Positions 34,055 to 44,398 are shown, counted from the whole stretch's first letter. The stretch is DNA of 62,623 bases, filler included, from Candidatus Aminicenantales bacterium (GCA_049515535.1; 8 parts of 8 records of this genome joined end to end with filler, not necessarily neighbours in it), one strand, 5' to 3'. The notes: a model not told the origin generated them from the sequence alone. A program made the numbers and translations.

Positions 34055-34676
34055 CGGGTTCACGCTAGTCGAGCTCCTGATTGCCGTCGTGATTTTTACC
34101 ATGGTGAGCGGGCTCGTTTTTCTGGCTTTCTCCCAGTCGTTATCACTCTGGGACCGGGCCGACAAGGAAATCGACAAGCTCGACCAGCTGGTCTTCGTCA
34201 ATACCTGGGTCAAGGACGTCTTTCATTCCGCCGAAAATTTTATGCTCGATTATCAGAACAAACGAGCGCCGATCTTTATCGGCGACCCGAAGAAGGTTCT
34301 CTTCATCACCTCGAACCCTCTCCTCAGCCGGAATAAAATCACGTCCTTTGTCAGGATCGAGTTCCGCGGGACTGCCCTGATTTACGCTGAAGAGAGCCTC
34401 TTCGCGCCGGATCTGGTCACCCTCGGTCCCGCCGGTCTTACGTTTGAGAAGGAATACCCTCTCCTGACCGATATCGAAGAAGGCGTGTTTTCCTATTTCG
34501 TCCCAGTCAACGGCCTCTGGACCTGGGCCGGCCAGTCGGACTCCGAGAAATCCCTTGCCTTGCCCAAAGGCGTTCAATTGATATTTTCCTATAAAGGGAA
34601 AAGAGTTGAGATCACGGCGGCGATGTTCGCCAACGCCATGGAGAGAGACCCATCGTTCAGAAGGGATATTCTATGA
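34002..34676 (+). CDS. gspJ: T2SS minor pseudopilin (GspJ-like); start uncertain
   Basis: NNG|FTLVELLIA; position in operon. Confidence 0.7.
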   Translation: MTGNSRFTRPAGIFPRNNGFTLVELLIAVVIFTMVSGLVFLAFSQSLSLWDRADKEIDKLDQLVFVNTWVKDVFHSAENFMLDYQNKRAPIFIGDPKKVLFITSNPLLSRNKITSFVRIEFRGTALIYAEESLFAPDLVTLGPAGLTFEKEYPLLTDIEEGVFSYFVPVNGLWTWAGQSDSEKSLALPKGVQLIFSYKGKRVEITAAMFANAMERDPSFRRDIL

Positions 34677-35662
34677 CCAAACCTTGGGAACGCGGCAGCG
34701 CTCTTCCCCTCGTCCTCTGGATCCTGGTCGTTCTGTTGATCGTCTCCCTCTCCTTTTCGTATATCCTTCAGAGCCGCATCCGGCGAATGGAATCTCTCTT
34801 CAAGCGGTTCCAGGCCAATCTCGAAGCCTACAGCGGTCTCCAATACGGCCTCCGACTCTTTTTAACCGGAACGAGAAGAGGGACGGAGCTTCTGACGGCG
34901 GACCGCCAATTCTTCCCGGACGGGAACAGATATTGGATGGATGGAACGCCCACGGCCGTCCCGCTATTCGAAGAGCATCCCCAAATCTCGTTCCAGGATT
35001 ATTCCGGATTGATCAACCTCCGCCGCTATAACCCGGTGCTCCTCGACGGGCTTCTCAAGCATTTCGGCGCCCCGGAGCTGACCCGACGGATTTTCATCGA
35101 CAGTCTCCTGGACTGGATCGATCCTGATGACCTTGTTCATCTGAACGGGGCGGAGGCCGACTATTATCGACCTTTCGGATATCGGCCGAGAAACGCGCCG
35201 CTCCTGACCGTTGATGAGATCTTGATGATTCGGGGAATGGATGAAAGTCTTTTTGCCAAAATCCGACCGTTTTTAGTCCTAGGAAACACCCAAGGCTGTA
35301 ATTACATGGTCGCGCCGCTTGAAGTCCTCCTGTCCTTTCCCGGCATGACCCCGGAAGCCGCCGAACGAATCATCCAGCTACGAAAAACCGGAGTCATTAT
35401 CGGAATGGACTCTTTATCGGCCATGACGTCCACGAATTATTCCCGCTATGAGGATCTTTTCACCATCACGTCCGCTCCCTCAGTCATCCTTGAGGCGTCT
35501 TCCAAGCTGGGCACGGACAACCGGTTTATCCTGGTCAGCCATGTCAAAAAAAGATCGGGAGCAACCGCCTCCTTGGAGGATTTCGGCCAGGGAGTGACCT
35601 CTCGGGACGGCGGACCCTGGATTCCATTCGATATCACTTTCTGGAGAGAAATCGTCCGATGA
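34673..35662 (+). CDS. gspK: T2SS minor pseudopilin GspK
   Basis: ERG|SALPLVLW (no E5), INL, DSLLDWIDPDD...NGAE...Y...PRN. Confidence 0.88.
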   Translation: MTKPWERGSALPLVLWILVVLLIVSLSFSYILQSRIRRMESLFKRFQANLEAYSGLQYGLRLFLTGTRRGTELLTADRQFFPDGNRYWMDGTPTAVPLFEEHPQISFQDYSGLINLRRYNPVLLDGLLKHFGAPELTRRIFIDSLLDWIDPDDLVHLNGAEADYYRPFGYRPRNAPLLTVDEILMIRGMDESLFAKIRPFLVLGNTQGCNYMVAPLEVLLSFPGMTPEAAERIIQLRKTGVIIGMDSLSAMTSTNYSRYEDLFTITSAPSVILEASSKLGTDNRFILVSHVKKRSGATASLEDFGQGVTSRDGGPWIPFDITFWREIVR

Positions 35663-36900
35663 ATGTCCCCCGTCTCCCTCTTCAAAAAAAGGAAATCCTT
35701 GTCGTTTTCCGGTGCCGAACGGGGACGTATTTCTATGCTCTGAACCGGAAGGAACGCAAGTTTCGGGAGATCCGCGCCTTGGAGTCCATCCGGCCCAAAG
35801 ATTTTCGGCGATGCATTCTCATTCTAGGCCGGTCCTTCTATATTTTTAAGGTGGTCGAATTCCCCAAGCTTAAGAAAACCCTCATGGATAAAGCCTTAAA
35901 GATCAATATGGCCGAGTGGAGTCCGTTTCCGGCCTCGAAATATTTCGTGTTCTCGCACGCCCTGGGCGAGAAGGTCGTGCATTTAATCGCCATCTGCTCG
36001 CAGCCGGATTATGACGACATCGTCAGGATCTTAAGGGCGAAAAACCTGAAGATTGACACCGTTGTTCCCGAAACTTTCTGCTATGAACAATTTTTCAAGG
36101 GAAAATCCAAAACCGCCGCGGCCATCCGGACGGAAGACGGCGTCGAGCTCGTCTATGTCGACGGCAGCCTCAAAGAAAGCACGTTCATTCCCGGGCCGAA
36201 GTGGATAGCCGACTCCTTGACCTACTTCATCAAACGGCTCGGCCCCGCCGGATCGGAATTGAAGGAAATCCTGTTTGTGGGACGAACGCCGAAGGCCGGG
36301 TTTTTTATGCCGGAGGGGACGGCGGTGACCCCCATCCCGGCGGACAGCGATATCGAAATCGTCCTGAAGGGCTCGGATTTTCTCTTGTCGCCGTGGGTGA
36401 AGAGTTTCGAAAAAAGAAAAATCACCCTCTTTACGCCGGACGACGTGAAGGCCCTGAAACCGGGTCTTCTGGTCGTTCTGGCCGGCCTCCTTATCTTTTT
36501 CGCGTCCCTGCTCTTCGCGAACATTAAAAAAGCGAGCGTCCTGAAAAAAGACCTGGCCGCCATCAAGGACCAAAGCCAAGGCCTGGAGGACAAGATGTCC
36601 CGGATCGATTCGCTTCGGAAGAACGTCGCTTTTCTTCACGACTATATCGATCGCTCTCCGTCGCAATTGGCCGTGCTGTCGGAGCTTCAAAGCTGCTATC
36701 CGGAAGGGACCTTCCTTCAGAGGTATACGTTCAACAAGGACAAGATCGAATTCACCGGGATCGGTTCCAGAAGCTCGGATATCCTCGCCCGGCTGAACGC
36801 CTCAAAATACTTTGCGGACGTCAAATTCAAGTCGGCCATCGAAAAAGACCCGGGGACGGGAAAAGAAAAATTTACGATCGAGCTCCGTTTGAAAAAATGA
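35659..36900 (+). CDS. T2SS platform protein (GspL/PilN-like)
   Basis: Cytoplasmic domain, single TM, coiled coil, PilN-like C-terminus (LNASKYFADVKF...EKFTIEL). Confidence 0.7.
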   Translation: MNVPRLPLQKKEILVVFRCRTGTYFYALNRKERKFREIRALESIRPKDFRRCILILGRSFYIFKVVEFPKLKKTLMDKALKINMAEWSPFPASKYFVFSHALGEKVVHLIAICSQPDYDDIVRILRAKNLKIDTVVPETFCYEQFFKGKSKTAAAIRTEDGVELVYVDGSLKESTFIPGPKWIADSLTYFIKRLGPAGSELKEILFVGRTPKAGFFMPEGTAVTPIPADSDIEIVLKGSDFLLSPWVKSFEKRKITLFTPDDVKALKPGLLVVLAGLLIFFASLLFANIKKASVLKKDLAAIKDQSQGLEDKMSRIDSLRKNVAFLHDYIDRSPSQLAVLSELQSCYPEGTFLQRYTFNKDKIEFTGIGSRSSDILARLNASKYFADVKFKSAIEKDPGTGKEKFTIELRLKK

Positions 36901-37496
36901 AAAATATCAACGTCTTGATCAGGACGGCGGTCCAAAGGCTCCGGACCGAATACCGCAAAAGTCTCGTCGTTTCGCTCGGCCTGTTTCTGATTCTCTTCAT
37001 TTTCGGATTTTTACTGATCAGCCGATTTCTCAACGCCCGCCTCCAAAGCATGGACGCCGAGGTCCGGCTGCTCTCCAGCCGGCTGAACTACCGGCAGGCT
37101 CTGATTCAACATAAGGATCAGGTCGAAAAAGACCTGACGAGCCTGGACCAGAATTGGAACTTCATGAAAACGAAGGTCTTCACCGAGGCGTCCGACGATC
37201 TGGCCTTTTCTCAAATCCAGCGGATCCTGGACGGACTCGCGACGATGCGGGGCATTTCCATCAAGAGCTATAAGCTCGAAGCGGCCCAGCAGGTCGGCGC
37301 TTACTCCGTTTTACCCGTCAGCCTCGAATTTTCGACCCGCTACGAGGAGGTCGTGACGATCCTGAATTTGATCGAACACTTTTCCTTCTATTTAAAGGTC
37401 ACCGATCTGGACGTCCGGAGTCTCGGCGCAGACGAAAATCTGGCTGTCCGGATGATCGTCGAGGGTTATCGGTATCATGAAAAAACTACTCCCTAA
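36897..37496 (+). CDS. T2SS GspM/PilO-like protein
   Basis: N-terminal TM, coiled coil, LPVSLEF...YEEV...LIE ferredoxin-like domain. Confidence 0.7.
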   Translation: MKNINVLIRTAVQRLRTEYRKSLVVSLGLFLILFIFGFLLISRFLNARLQSMDAEVRLLSSRLNYRQALIQHKDQVEKDLTSLDQNWNFMKTKVFTEASDDLAFSQIQRILDGLATMRGISIKSYKLEAAQQVGAYSVLPVSLEFSTRYEEVVTILNLIEHFSFYLKVTDLDVRSLGADENLAVRMIVEGYRYHEKTTP

Positions 37497-38058
37497 GCCG
37501 GCGAGCCCTCTTCTCGTTCTCGCCCTGATCATCTTCGGCTTTTTCTTTATCAAATCCATGATCACCATCTTCTCCCCCTACCGCTTTGTCTACCAGGAGA
37601 ACCCCGCCGCGCTCTCGGGAGCCGGGGCCCGGCAGGAATCCTTATCTTTTCCGGATGTGGGGCCGGCGTTCGATAAGCTGAGGGCGCGCAACTTTTTTCT
37701 CAGCGCGACAGTCACGCCCAAACCGACTCCCGGCGCCGCTGCCGAAGCGGCGGGCCCGCCGCCCCTTAGCCCCAACGAAGTCCGGGACGAAGGGACGGGA
37801 GTGACGTTCAAATATTTGGGAACGATCGCCCTCGGCGAAGCGCCTCTCGCTTTTTTTGCCAGGGTCGGACCGGTCCCCAAAGGCGAAGCCCGCTTTCTTT
37901 TTCGTCCGAAAGGGAAGACTCTGAGCAAAAATCTCCGAGTCGAAGATGTCGGCGCCAAATCGGTTAAAATCAATCAAGGCGGGAAAAAAACCGAACTGAA
38001 CGTCTTTTATATCGATATTAAGCGGCTCGGGACCGAGAAAAAAGCGCCTCAAAAATGA
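37477..38058 (+). CDS. T2SS GspC-like protein
   Basis: TM, RNFF, Pro-rich linker, YLGTI beta domain; directly before the secretin. Confidence 0.55.
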   Translation: MKKLLPKPASPLLVLALIIFGFFFIKSMITIFSPYRFVYQENPAALSGAGARQESLSFPDVGPAFDKLRARNFFLSATVTPKPTPGAAAEAAGPPPLSPNEVRDEGTGVTFKYLGTIALGEAPLAFFARVGPVPKGEARFLFRPKGKTLSKNLRVEDVGAKSVKINQGGKKTELNVFYIDIKRLGTEKKAPQK

Positions 38059-38077
38059 GGCCTAAGAGAGAAAAAAT

Positions 38078-40237
38078 ATGAGCACAGCAAAATGTCTTAT
38101 TGGCATCGTTCTTATCGTGTTTCTCGCGGCTTCCTGCGCCACAACCGCGGCTCATGTCGGGGTCGAACCGGCAAGCGGTATCACCCAGCCACAAGACTTG
38201 AGCCAGCCCCCGGAGCTCGGCGGAACGGCTAAGTCCGAGGAGCGTCCGGCTCAACAGGCGGAGATAAAAGAGACCAAGGCCGGGAAACAAGAAAACGCCG
38301 GCCAAAAAGCCGCGGAGGCGGCCAAAAAAGATCAAGTCTCCCAGGCCCAGGATAAGACCCCTTCCGCCCCGGCCGAAGACCACGGGGTTATCCTGAACCT
38401 CGAGGATGTGACCCTAGTCGAATTTTCCGAAGTCGTCTTCATCGAGCTGCTGAAAAAAAATTATATGATCGCACCCTCGCTCAAGGACCAGGCGGTCAAA
38501 ATTTCCGTCCGAATGACCAAATCCGTCCCGACCGACAAGCTCATCCCCCTCGTTAAGGAAATTCTCAAACAATACAACGTTTATCTCATTATGAAAGAGG
38601 GCGTTTACACCCTGGTTTCCGCGACCGATCTCGCCGCTCTCGATCCGGAGTTACGGGTGGGAAGGGTCCCTCCCGCGATCCGGGATGAGACGGGAATGAT
38701 TCTCCAAATCATTCCGCTCGACCACATCGGCCCGTCTCAAATCGACTACATCATCAGGCGCTATCTCAGCAGAGCGGGAACCTTTCTCCCGGAGCCGATT
38801 ACGAACAGCCTGATCATCATCGATTTTCCGGACCGGATCGCTAAAGTCCTGCAAATCCTGGACATCTTGGACAGAGAAATCTTCGAGAATATGATCCTGA
38901 AGGTCATCAAGCCCAGGTTTTGGGATCCGGCCGGCCTCGTCAAAGAGGTCACGGAACTGATGAGAATCGAATCCATCCCATTGCTCAAACCGAGGGAGCA
39001 GGTCCGCGGAGTCTTCTTCGTTCCGATCGAGCGGCTCGGCGAAATATATATTTTCGCCACGAGCCAGGAATGGCTGGATCGGGTCCTGTTTTTCGTCGAA
39101 AGCTTGGACAAAGCGGAGGCGTTGGGCGGCGACGAACGGATGTTTCTCTATTTCCCGACGAACACGTCGGCCGCGGAATTAGGCAAAATCATCAGCCAGA
39201 TGTTCGGAGAGTCGGAGACGCCGGCCGTTACCGCGGAAAGTCAAACCAGCAGAGCCCCGACAGCGCCCGCGCCGAAGCCGCAAGCGGGGATCGTCAAAAA
39301 ACTCGTGGTCGATGAACCGCGGAACGCCTTGATCTTCATCGTCAGCCCATCGGAGTGGACGACCATCCGGGATTTGCTCGAGCGGCTGGATATCCCGGCA
39401 AAACAGGTTCTGATCGAAGCGATTATCGGCGAGCTGACCCTCGACGACCAGTTCCGATCGGGGTTCGAATGGTTCATGAAGAACAACGGGATCAAGGCCG
39501 GCAATAAAACGTTCACCGGCCAGGGTGGGACCGAAGGAGGATTGGGATTGGGCAGCGTCGGGTTGCTCTACTCTCTGGTCGCCGACGACAATCTTTTCCG
39601 CGCCGCCATCAACGCTTTTATTTCCCAAAACAAGATCAAGATCATTTCCGCGCCGAGGATCCTGGGCGTCGACAATAAAGAATCCGTCATCCGGGTTGGA
39701 ACCGAAGTGCCCGTCGTCACCAGTGAAGCCATCACCGGGCAGATCCAGACCGAAGGCACGACGGGCATGCTCCGGTCCATCCAGTATCGGAACACCGGGG
39801 TCATTCTGACGGTGAAGCCGACGATCCATTCCGGCGGCAACGTCTCTTTGGATCTGCAGCAGGAAGTGAGCGAAGCCCAGACGAATACGATTTCCGCGGG
39901 GATTCAGTCGCCGTTGATCCTCAACCGGAATATCAAGACCAGCCTTGTCGCAAAGGACGGACAGACGATCTTCATCGGCGGACTGATCAGCAAAAATGTC
40001 AGCAGCACCAGAACGGGGATTCCGATTCTGTCCCAGATTCCCCTGATCGGCGAGCTCTTCAAGTCGAGATCTCAGGGCGACCGGCGGACGGAGCTCATCG
40101 TCCTCATCACGGTTCATATCCTTTCCGACGCGTCCGACCTGGATTACATGACGGAAGAATTTCGCGACTCGGTCCTTAACGATATCAAAAAGATCTCCAT
40201 TAAGCGCATCAAGGATAATCCGAATGAAAAAAAATAA
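38078..40237 (+). CDS. gspD: T2SS secretin (lipoprotein signal LAASC)
   Basis: LDIPAKQVLIEAII, VGTEVPV, QYRNTGVILTVKP, GIPILSQIPLIG.LF, RTELIVLIT. Confidence 0.93.
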   Translation: MSTAKCLIGIVLIVFLAASCATTAAHVGVEPASGITQPQDLSQPPELGGTAKSEERPAQQAEIKETKAGKQENAGQKAAEAAKKDQVSQAQDKTPSAPAEDHGVILNLEDVTLVEFSEVVFIELLKKNYMIAPSLKDQAVKISVRMTKSVPTDKLIPLVKEILKQYNVYLIMKEGVYTLVSATDLAALDPELRVGRVPPAIRDETGMILQIIPLDHIGPSQIDYIIRRYLSRAGTFLPEPITNSLIIIDFPDRIAKVLQILDILDREIFENMILKVIKPRFWDPAGLVKEVTELMRIESIPLLKPREQVRGVFFVPIERLGEIYIFATSQEWLDRVLFFVESLDKAEALGGDERMFLYFPTNTSAAELGKIISQMFGESETPAVTAESQTSRAPTAPAPKPQAGIVKKLVVDEPRNALIFIVSPSEWTTIRDLLERLDIPAKQVLIEAIIGELTLDDQFRSGFEWFMKNNGIKAGNKTFTGQGGTEGGLGLGSVGLLYSLVADDNLFRAAINAFISQNKIKIISAPRILGVDNKESVIRVGTEVPVVTSEAITGQIQTEGTTGMLRSIQYRNTGVILTVKPTIHSGGNVSLDLQQEVSEAQTNTISAGIQSPLILNRNIKTSLVAKDGQTIFIGGLISKNVSSTRTGIPILSQIPLIGELFKSRSQGDRRTELIVLITVHILSDASDLDYMTEEFRDSVLNDIKKISIKRIKDNPNEKK

Positions 40238-40655
40238 TCGAGCTTTGGCCAAAGGATTCACGCTGATCGAAATCTTGATCGTCGTCGTCATCATCGGCCT
40301 CTTGGCTTCTCTCGTCGGCCCGTCGCTCTTTAAAAAGGTGGGGACTTCCAGGCAGAAGACGGCCATGGCCCAGATCTCGATGCTGGAAACGGCGCTCAAG
40401 ACATTCCGGCTGGACGTCGGCCGCTATCCGACGACGGAGGAAGGAATGAAGGCCCTGGTCACCAAACCTGAAGGCCTGAGGGCGTGGGACGGCCCGTATC
40501 TGGAAAAAGACCTCCCCTTTGACCCATGGGGAAATCTTTACCTTTACAAATGCCCGGGTGAAAAATCGGAATATGAGATCGTGTCCTTCGGAGCCGACGG
40601 CAAAGCCGGGGGGGAGGGGGAGAACAGGGATATTTTCAGCTGGGAAGTCAGGTGA
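40224..40655 (+). CDS. gspG: T2SS major pseudopilin
   Basis: KG|FTLIEIL, FRLDVGRYPTT, WDGPYL, DPWGN.Y, SFGADG. Confidence 0.95.
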   Translation: MKKNNRALAKGFTLIEILIVVVIIGLLASLVGPSLFKKVGTSRQKTAMAQISMLETALKTFRLDVGRYPTTEEGMKALVTKPEGLRAWDGPYLEKDLPFDPWGNLYLYKCPGEKSEYEIVSFGADGKAGGEGENRDIFSWEVR

Positions 40656-40673
40656 GAGAGGGATTAGGCGGGA

Positions 40674-42353
40674 ATGCAGAAAAAATTGCTGGGCGAGATA
40701 TTATCCGATAAATTCGGCGTCGGCGCCCAGGACATTGAAAAAGCGCTCAAATTCCAGAAGGAGTACGGGGGGCGCATCGGGAATATCCTTATCAATTCGG
40801 GCGTGATCTCCGAAGTCCAGCTTTTAGAGGCGCTTTCCTTCCAGCTTTCCATCCCTTTGCTCAAGGATTATCTTAACGAGAAAAAGGACATCGTCGATTA
40901 TCCCGAGATCGGCAATATCCTGCCGTCCTGGTTTATGCAGCACCATATCGTCCCTCTGAATGAAGACAACCGGGCCTATTCCTTCGCCGTCGTGGACCCG
41001 ATGGAATCGTTCACCTTGGAGACCCTGCAGAACGTCCTCAATGGCCGGGAGATCCATTTTATCTTATGCAGCGAAAAGGAATTTCGCGAGATCTCCGGCG
41101 ATTTTAAAAGAAAATTCTCCCTCAGCGAGACGGTCATCTCCTATGAGATGGACGAGATCGAGAAGCTCAAGGACCTGGCGTCCGAAGCCCCGATCATCAA
41201 GTTCGTGAACACGACCATCTCCAAGGCCATCGACAGCCGGGCCTCGGACATTCATCTCGAGATCTTTGAGGACAACTGCCGGGTCCGGTTCCGGATCGAC
41301 GGCGTCTTGAACGACATGGAATTCCTTCCTCTCAAAATGCACCCCGCCATCACGACGCGGATCAAAATCCTCGCTGGGCTGGATATCGCCGAAAAACGGC
41401 TTCCCCAGGACGGCCGGATCGACCTCAAGGTCGCCTCGAAAGACCTGGACATCCGCGTCGCGACCTTCCCCACGATCTTCGGCGAAAACGTGGTGATGCG
41501 GCTCCTCGAGAAAACGTCGATCGAGTTCGACCTGGCCACGCTGGGTTTTGAAGAGGACAATCTCCGGCGGTTCCAGGGGCTGATCAAGAATCAATTCGGG
41601 CTGATCCTCATCACGGGACCGACGGGAAGCGGGAAAACGACGACCCTCTATTCGACGATCAACAAGCTGAATTCCAAAGAGAAAAAGATCATCACCATTG
41701 AAGATCCCGTGGAGTATCAAATCCGGGGCGTCAACCAGATCCAGGTCAAGCCGGCGATTGGCCTGACGTTCGCCAACGCCTTGCGGTCCATTCTAAGGCA
41801 GGACCCCGACATCATCCTGGTCGGAGAAATCCGCGACAGGGAAACAGCGGAGATCGCCATCCACGCCGCGCTGACCGGTCATCTCGTGCTGGCCACGCTC
41901 CACACGAACGACGCCCCTTCGGCGATCACCCGGTTGCTCGACATGGGCGTCGAGGACTTCCTGATCAACTCGGCCCTCATGGGAGTGCTCGCCCAAAGAC
42001 TCTTGAGGACGATTTGCCCGAAATGCCGGATGGACGGGAACAAAATCGATCCCCATGTCCGCCGGGAGTTCAAACTGGACGATGTCGCCCGGAAATACGG
42101 AATCACGATGGAGCACTTTCAAAAAGGCGCAGGGTGTGAGTATTGCGTGGGGACGGGCTTCCGCGGAAGAGTCGCGATCTTCGAATTGTTGGATTATGAT
42201 GATTATCTGAAGCAGGTCCTCCTCCAATACCACAATTATCAGAAGCTCAAGGAAGAGGCGGAAAAATTGGGGATGAGAACCCTCCGCGAGGACGCCCTCC
42301 TTAAGATGCTGAAGGGGACGACGACGATGGATGAGGTTCTGAGAGTCACGTGA
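40674..42353 (+). CDS. gspE: T2SS ATPase
   Basis: ASDIHLE, PQDGRI, GPTGSGKT, LRQDPD, TGHLV.ATLH, CPKC...CEYC. Confidence 0.95.
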   Translation: MQKKLLGEILSDKFGVGAQDIEKALKFQKEYGGRIGNILINSGVISEVQLLEALSFQLSIPLLKDYLNEKKDIVDYPEIGNILPSWFMQHHIVPLNEDNRAYSFAVVDPMESFTLETLQNVLNGREIHFILCSEKEFREISGDFKRKFSLSETVISYEMDEIEKLKDLASEAPIIKFVNTTISKAIDSRASDIHLEIFEDNCRVRFRIDGVLNDMEFLPLKMHPAITTRIKILAGLDIAEKRLPQDGRIDLKVASKDLDIRVATFPTIFGENVVMRLLEKTSIEFDLATLGFEEDNLRRFQGLIKNQFGLILITGPTGSGKTTTLYSTINKLNSKEKKIITIEDPVEYQIRGVNQIQVKPAIGLTFANALRSILRQDPDIILVGEIRDRETAEIAIHAALTGHLVLATLHTNDAPSAITRLLDMGVEDFLINSALMGVLAQRLLRTICPKCRMDGNKIDPHVRREFKLDDVARKYGITMEHFQKGAGCEYCVGTGFRGRVAIFELLDYDDYLKQVLLQYHNYQKLKEEAEKLGMRTLREDALLKMLKGTTTMDEVLRVT

Positions 42354-43564
42354 TGACCTACGCCTACAAGGCCCTGAATCCGGGGCAGGAAATCGTGAAG
42401 GGAGAGATCCAGGCTTTGACTCAGGGGGAAGCCCTGAAAAAGATCCATTCTCTCAATCTCTTGCCGCTGGCCATCAAGGCGCGGGCCAAGGACAAAACGC
42501 TCAAAAAGCTCGCCCTTTTCAAATCCAGGAAAGTGAAGAAAGAAGAGCTGATGGTCGCCACCCGGGAGTTGTCCATCATGCTGAAGGCCGGGATCCCGAT
42601 CCTTCGAGCCCTGCGAATTCTGGTCGAATCGAACAAAGAGAAAAAGCTCGGAGACGTTCTGGCCCAGGTTTACGAGCATACGAAAAACGGCGAGAGCCTG
42701 GGGTCCGCGCTGGAACGCGAAAAGCCCCATTTTGCCGACACGATCATCAACATGGTCAGGACCGGCGAAAAAAGCGGCCGGCTCGCCGAGGCCCTCTATA
42801 ACGTCAGCAAGGATCTCGAGCACGCCCTGCTCATTTCCTCCGAAGTCAAGAACGCGCTGGCCTATCCCGTTTTTCTGTTGGCCATGAGCGGGGTCTCCCT
42901 CGTTTTCATCTTCGTCGTCGTCATCCCGAAGTTCACCGTCATTCTGGAAAAAATCAATGTCGAGCTTCCCGCTTATAGCCGCCTGGTCCTCAACACGGGG
43001 ACATTCGTCCGGGACCATTTCGTCGTCATTCTGATCCTTTTCCTCCTCGCCCTGTATGGCCTATCGCTTTTAAGAAAAAAGAAAAACGTCCGGTATGTGA
43101 TCAATCGATTCCTAGCTGGAGCGCCCCTCATCAAAACCCTTCTCGTCCAAATCGAGCTCAGCCGGTTTTCGCACGCTCTGGCCGTTCTTCTCGGCAGCGG
43201 CGTGGAGATCATCCCCTCTCTCCGGATGTCGATCGAGGCCATCGGCAACGTCTTCCTGAAAACAAAATTTTCCGAAGTCACCGGCCGGCTCAAACGGGGC
43301 GAGAGCCTCCACATGGCCCTCCGGGACATGGGCCTTTTTCCGAGGATCGCGGTCAGCATGATCGAAGTCGGCGAGGAGACGGGAAAATTGTCCGAAATCC
43401 TAGATGAGATCTCTATTCTGTATATGGATAAATTCCGGAACTCGATGAAGAGGGCCATTTCGCTCTTGGAGCCGGTGATCATCTGCTTTGTCGGCATCGT
43501 CATCGGTTTCATCGTCATTTCTCTCGTCTCGGCGATCATGAGCCTGAATGAAATAAGGTTTTGA
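42350..43564 (+). CDS. gspF: T2SS inner-membrane platform protein
   Basis: GEKSGRL, ALAYP, VGEETGKL, LLEP. Confidence 0.93.
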   Translation: MMTYAYKALNPGQEIVKGEIQALTQGEALKKIHSLNLLPLAIKARAKDKTLKKLALFKSRKVKKEELMVATRELSIMLKAGIPILRALRILVESNKEKKLGDVLAQVYEHTKNGESLGSALEREKPHFADTIINMVRTGEKSGRLAEALYNVSKDLEHALLISSEVKNALAYPVFLLAMSGVSLVFIFVVVIPKFTVILEKINVELPAYSRLVLNTGTFVRDHFVVILILFLLALYGLSLLRKKKNVRYVINRFLAGAPLIKTLLVQIELSRFSHALAVLLGSGVEIIPSLRMSIEAIGNVFLKTKFSEVTGRLKRGESLHMALRDMGLFPRIAVSMIEVGEETGKLSEILDEISILYMDKFRNSMKRAISLLEPVIICFVGIVIGFIVISLVSAIMSLNEIRF

Positions 43565-43766
43565 TCCGACCTTCGCCATTGCCAATGATAAATCATCAGT
43601 TGAGCGGTCGGCCCAAAGATAATAGCGGAATTCAGGTTTGAGATAAAGAATGGACAGCATCCATTTTTTTGGAGAGAATTCAAATAATTGGAATCAAGAG
43701 AGCGCAAAAAAGAGCAGCGACCACCCCAATTCTCTGATTATAAATGAAATAGAAAATTGAAATAGA

Positions 43767-43782
43767 TGGCATAAAAATTGCT
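43767..43782 (+). promoter_or_regulatory. sigma54 (-24/-12) promoter
   Basis: TGGCAT-AAAAA-TTGCT, GG-N10-GC spacing exact. Confidence 0.7.
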
Positions 43783-43868
43783 ATATATTATCCCAGGAAG
43801 AGAGTATAATTGGCTTCAATGGCCCAACAAATTAGGGAATTACAGAGTTGAAAAATATAAAAAAATAC

Positions 43869-43897
43869 TTGACAATGCGGCGAAAACTTTATATTTT
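43869..43897 (+). promoter_or_regulatory. sigma70-type promoter with A-rich UP element
   Basis: A-tract then TTGACA-N17-TATTTT. Confidence 0.55.
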
Positions 43898-44067
43898 AGG
43901 CTCAGCGGAATGTTATCGAGGCGTTGAGAGAGGTTGACTCATAAATGAAAGGACACCCTTCGATGCCAATATTTAAGGTCGTTTTTACAGAGAAGGAGGT
44001 GAGAAATCGGGTGCAAGGAAAATTAAGGGTTTTTGGGTTTCATCTTTTAAAATCTAAAGGAGGCAGA

Positions 44068-44174
44068 ATGAAAAAGCTTTTTACTGTGTTAGTAGGTCTT
44101 TTCCTTATTACCGCGTTGGCGTCTGCACACCTCACGGTCGGAACCGCGAAGACGGGAACGCAGGAGTATTTCGG
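44068..44174 (+). CDS. Secreted protein, N-terminus only
   Basis: AAGGAGG RBS; MKKLFTVLVGLFLITALASA| Sec signal peptide; truncated by contig end. Confidence 0.8.
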
Positions 44175-44274
44175 NNNNNNNNNNNNNNNNNNNNNNNNNN
44201 NNNNNNNNNNNNNNNNNNTTAATTAATTAANNNNNNNNNNNNNNNNNNNNNNNNNNNNNNNNNNNNNNNNNNNN

Positions 44275-44398
44275 GCTCCTCCTTCGTCAGAGCGATGTTC
44301 ATTTTTTTGGGCCGGCCTGTTTTCATGGGCACCTCCATTATGCCCATGATACAGCAGATCGACTATATATGCAACTTATTTATGAGACAATACACTAG
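44275..44398 (-). mobile_element. Left end of an IS630-family element with transposase start (ATG 44326)
   Basis: Minus strand CTAGTGTATTGTCTCATAAAT end, TTGCAT-N17-TATCAT promoter, GGAGG RBS, MKTGRPKKMNIALTKEE typical of IS630 transposase N-termini; at contig edge. Confidence 0.65.
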
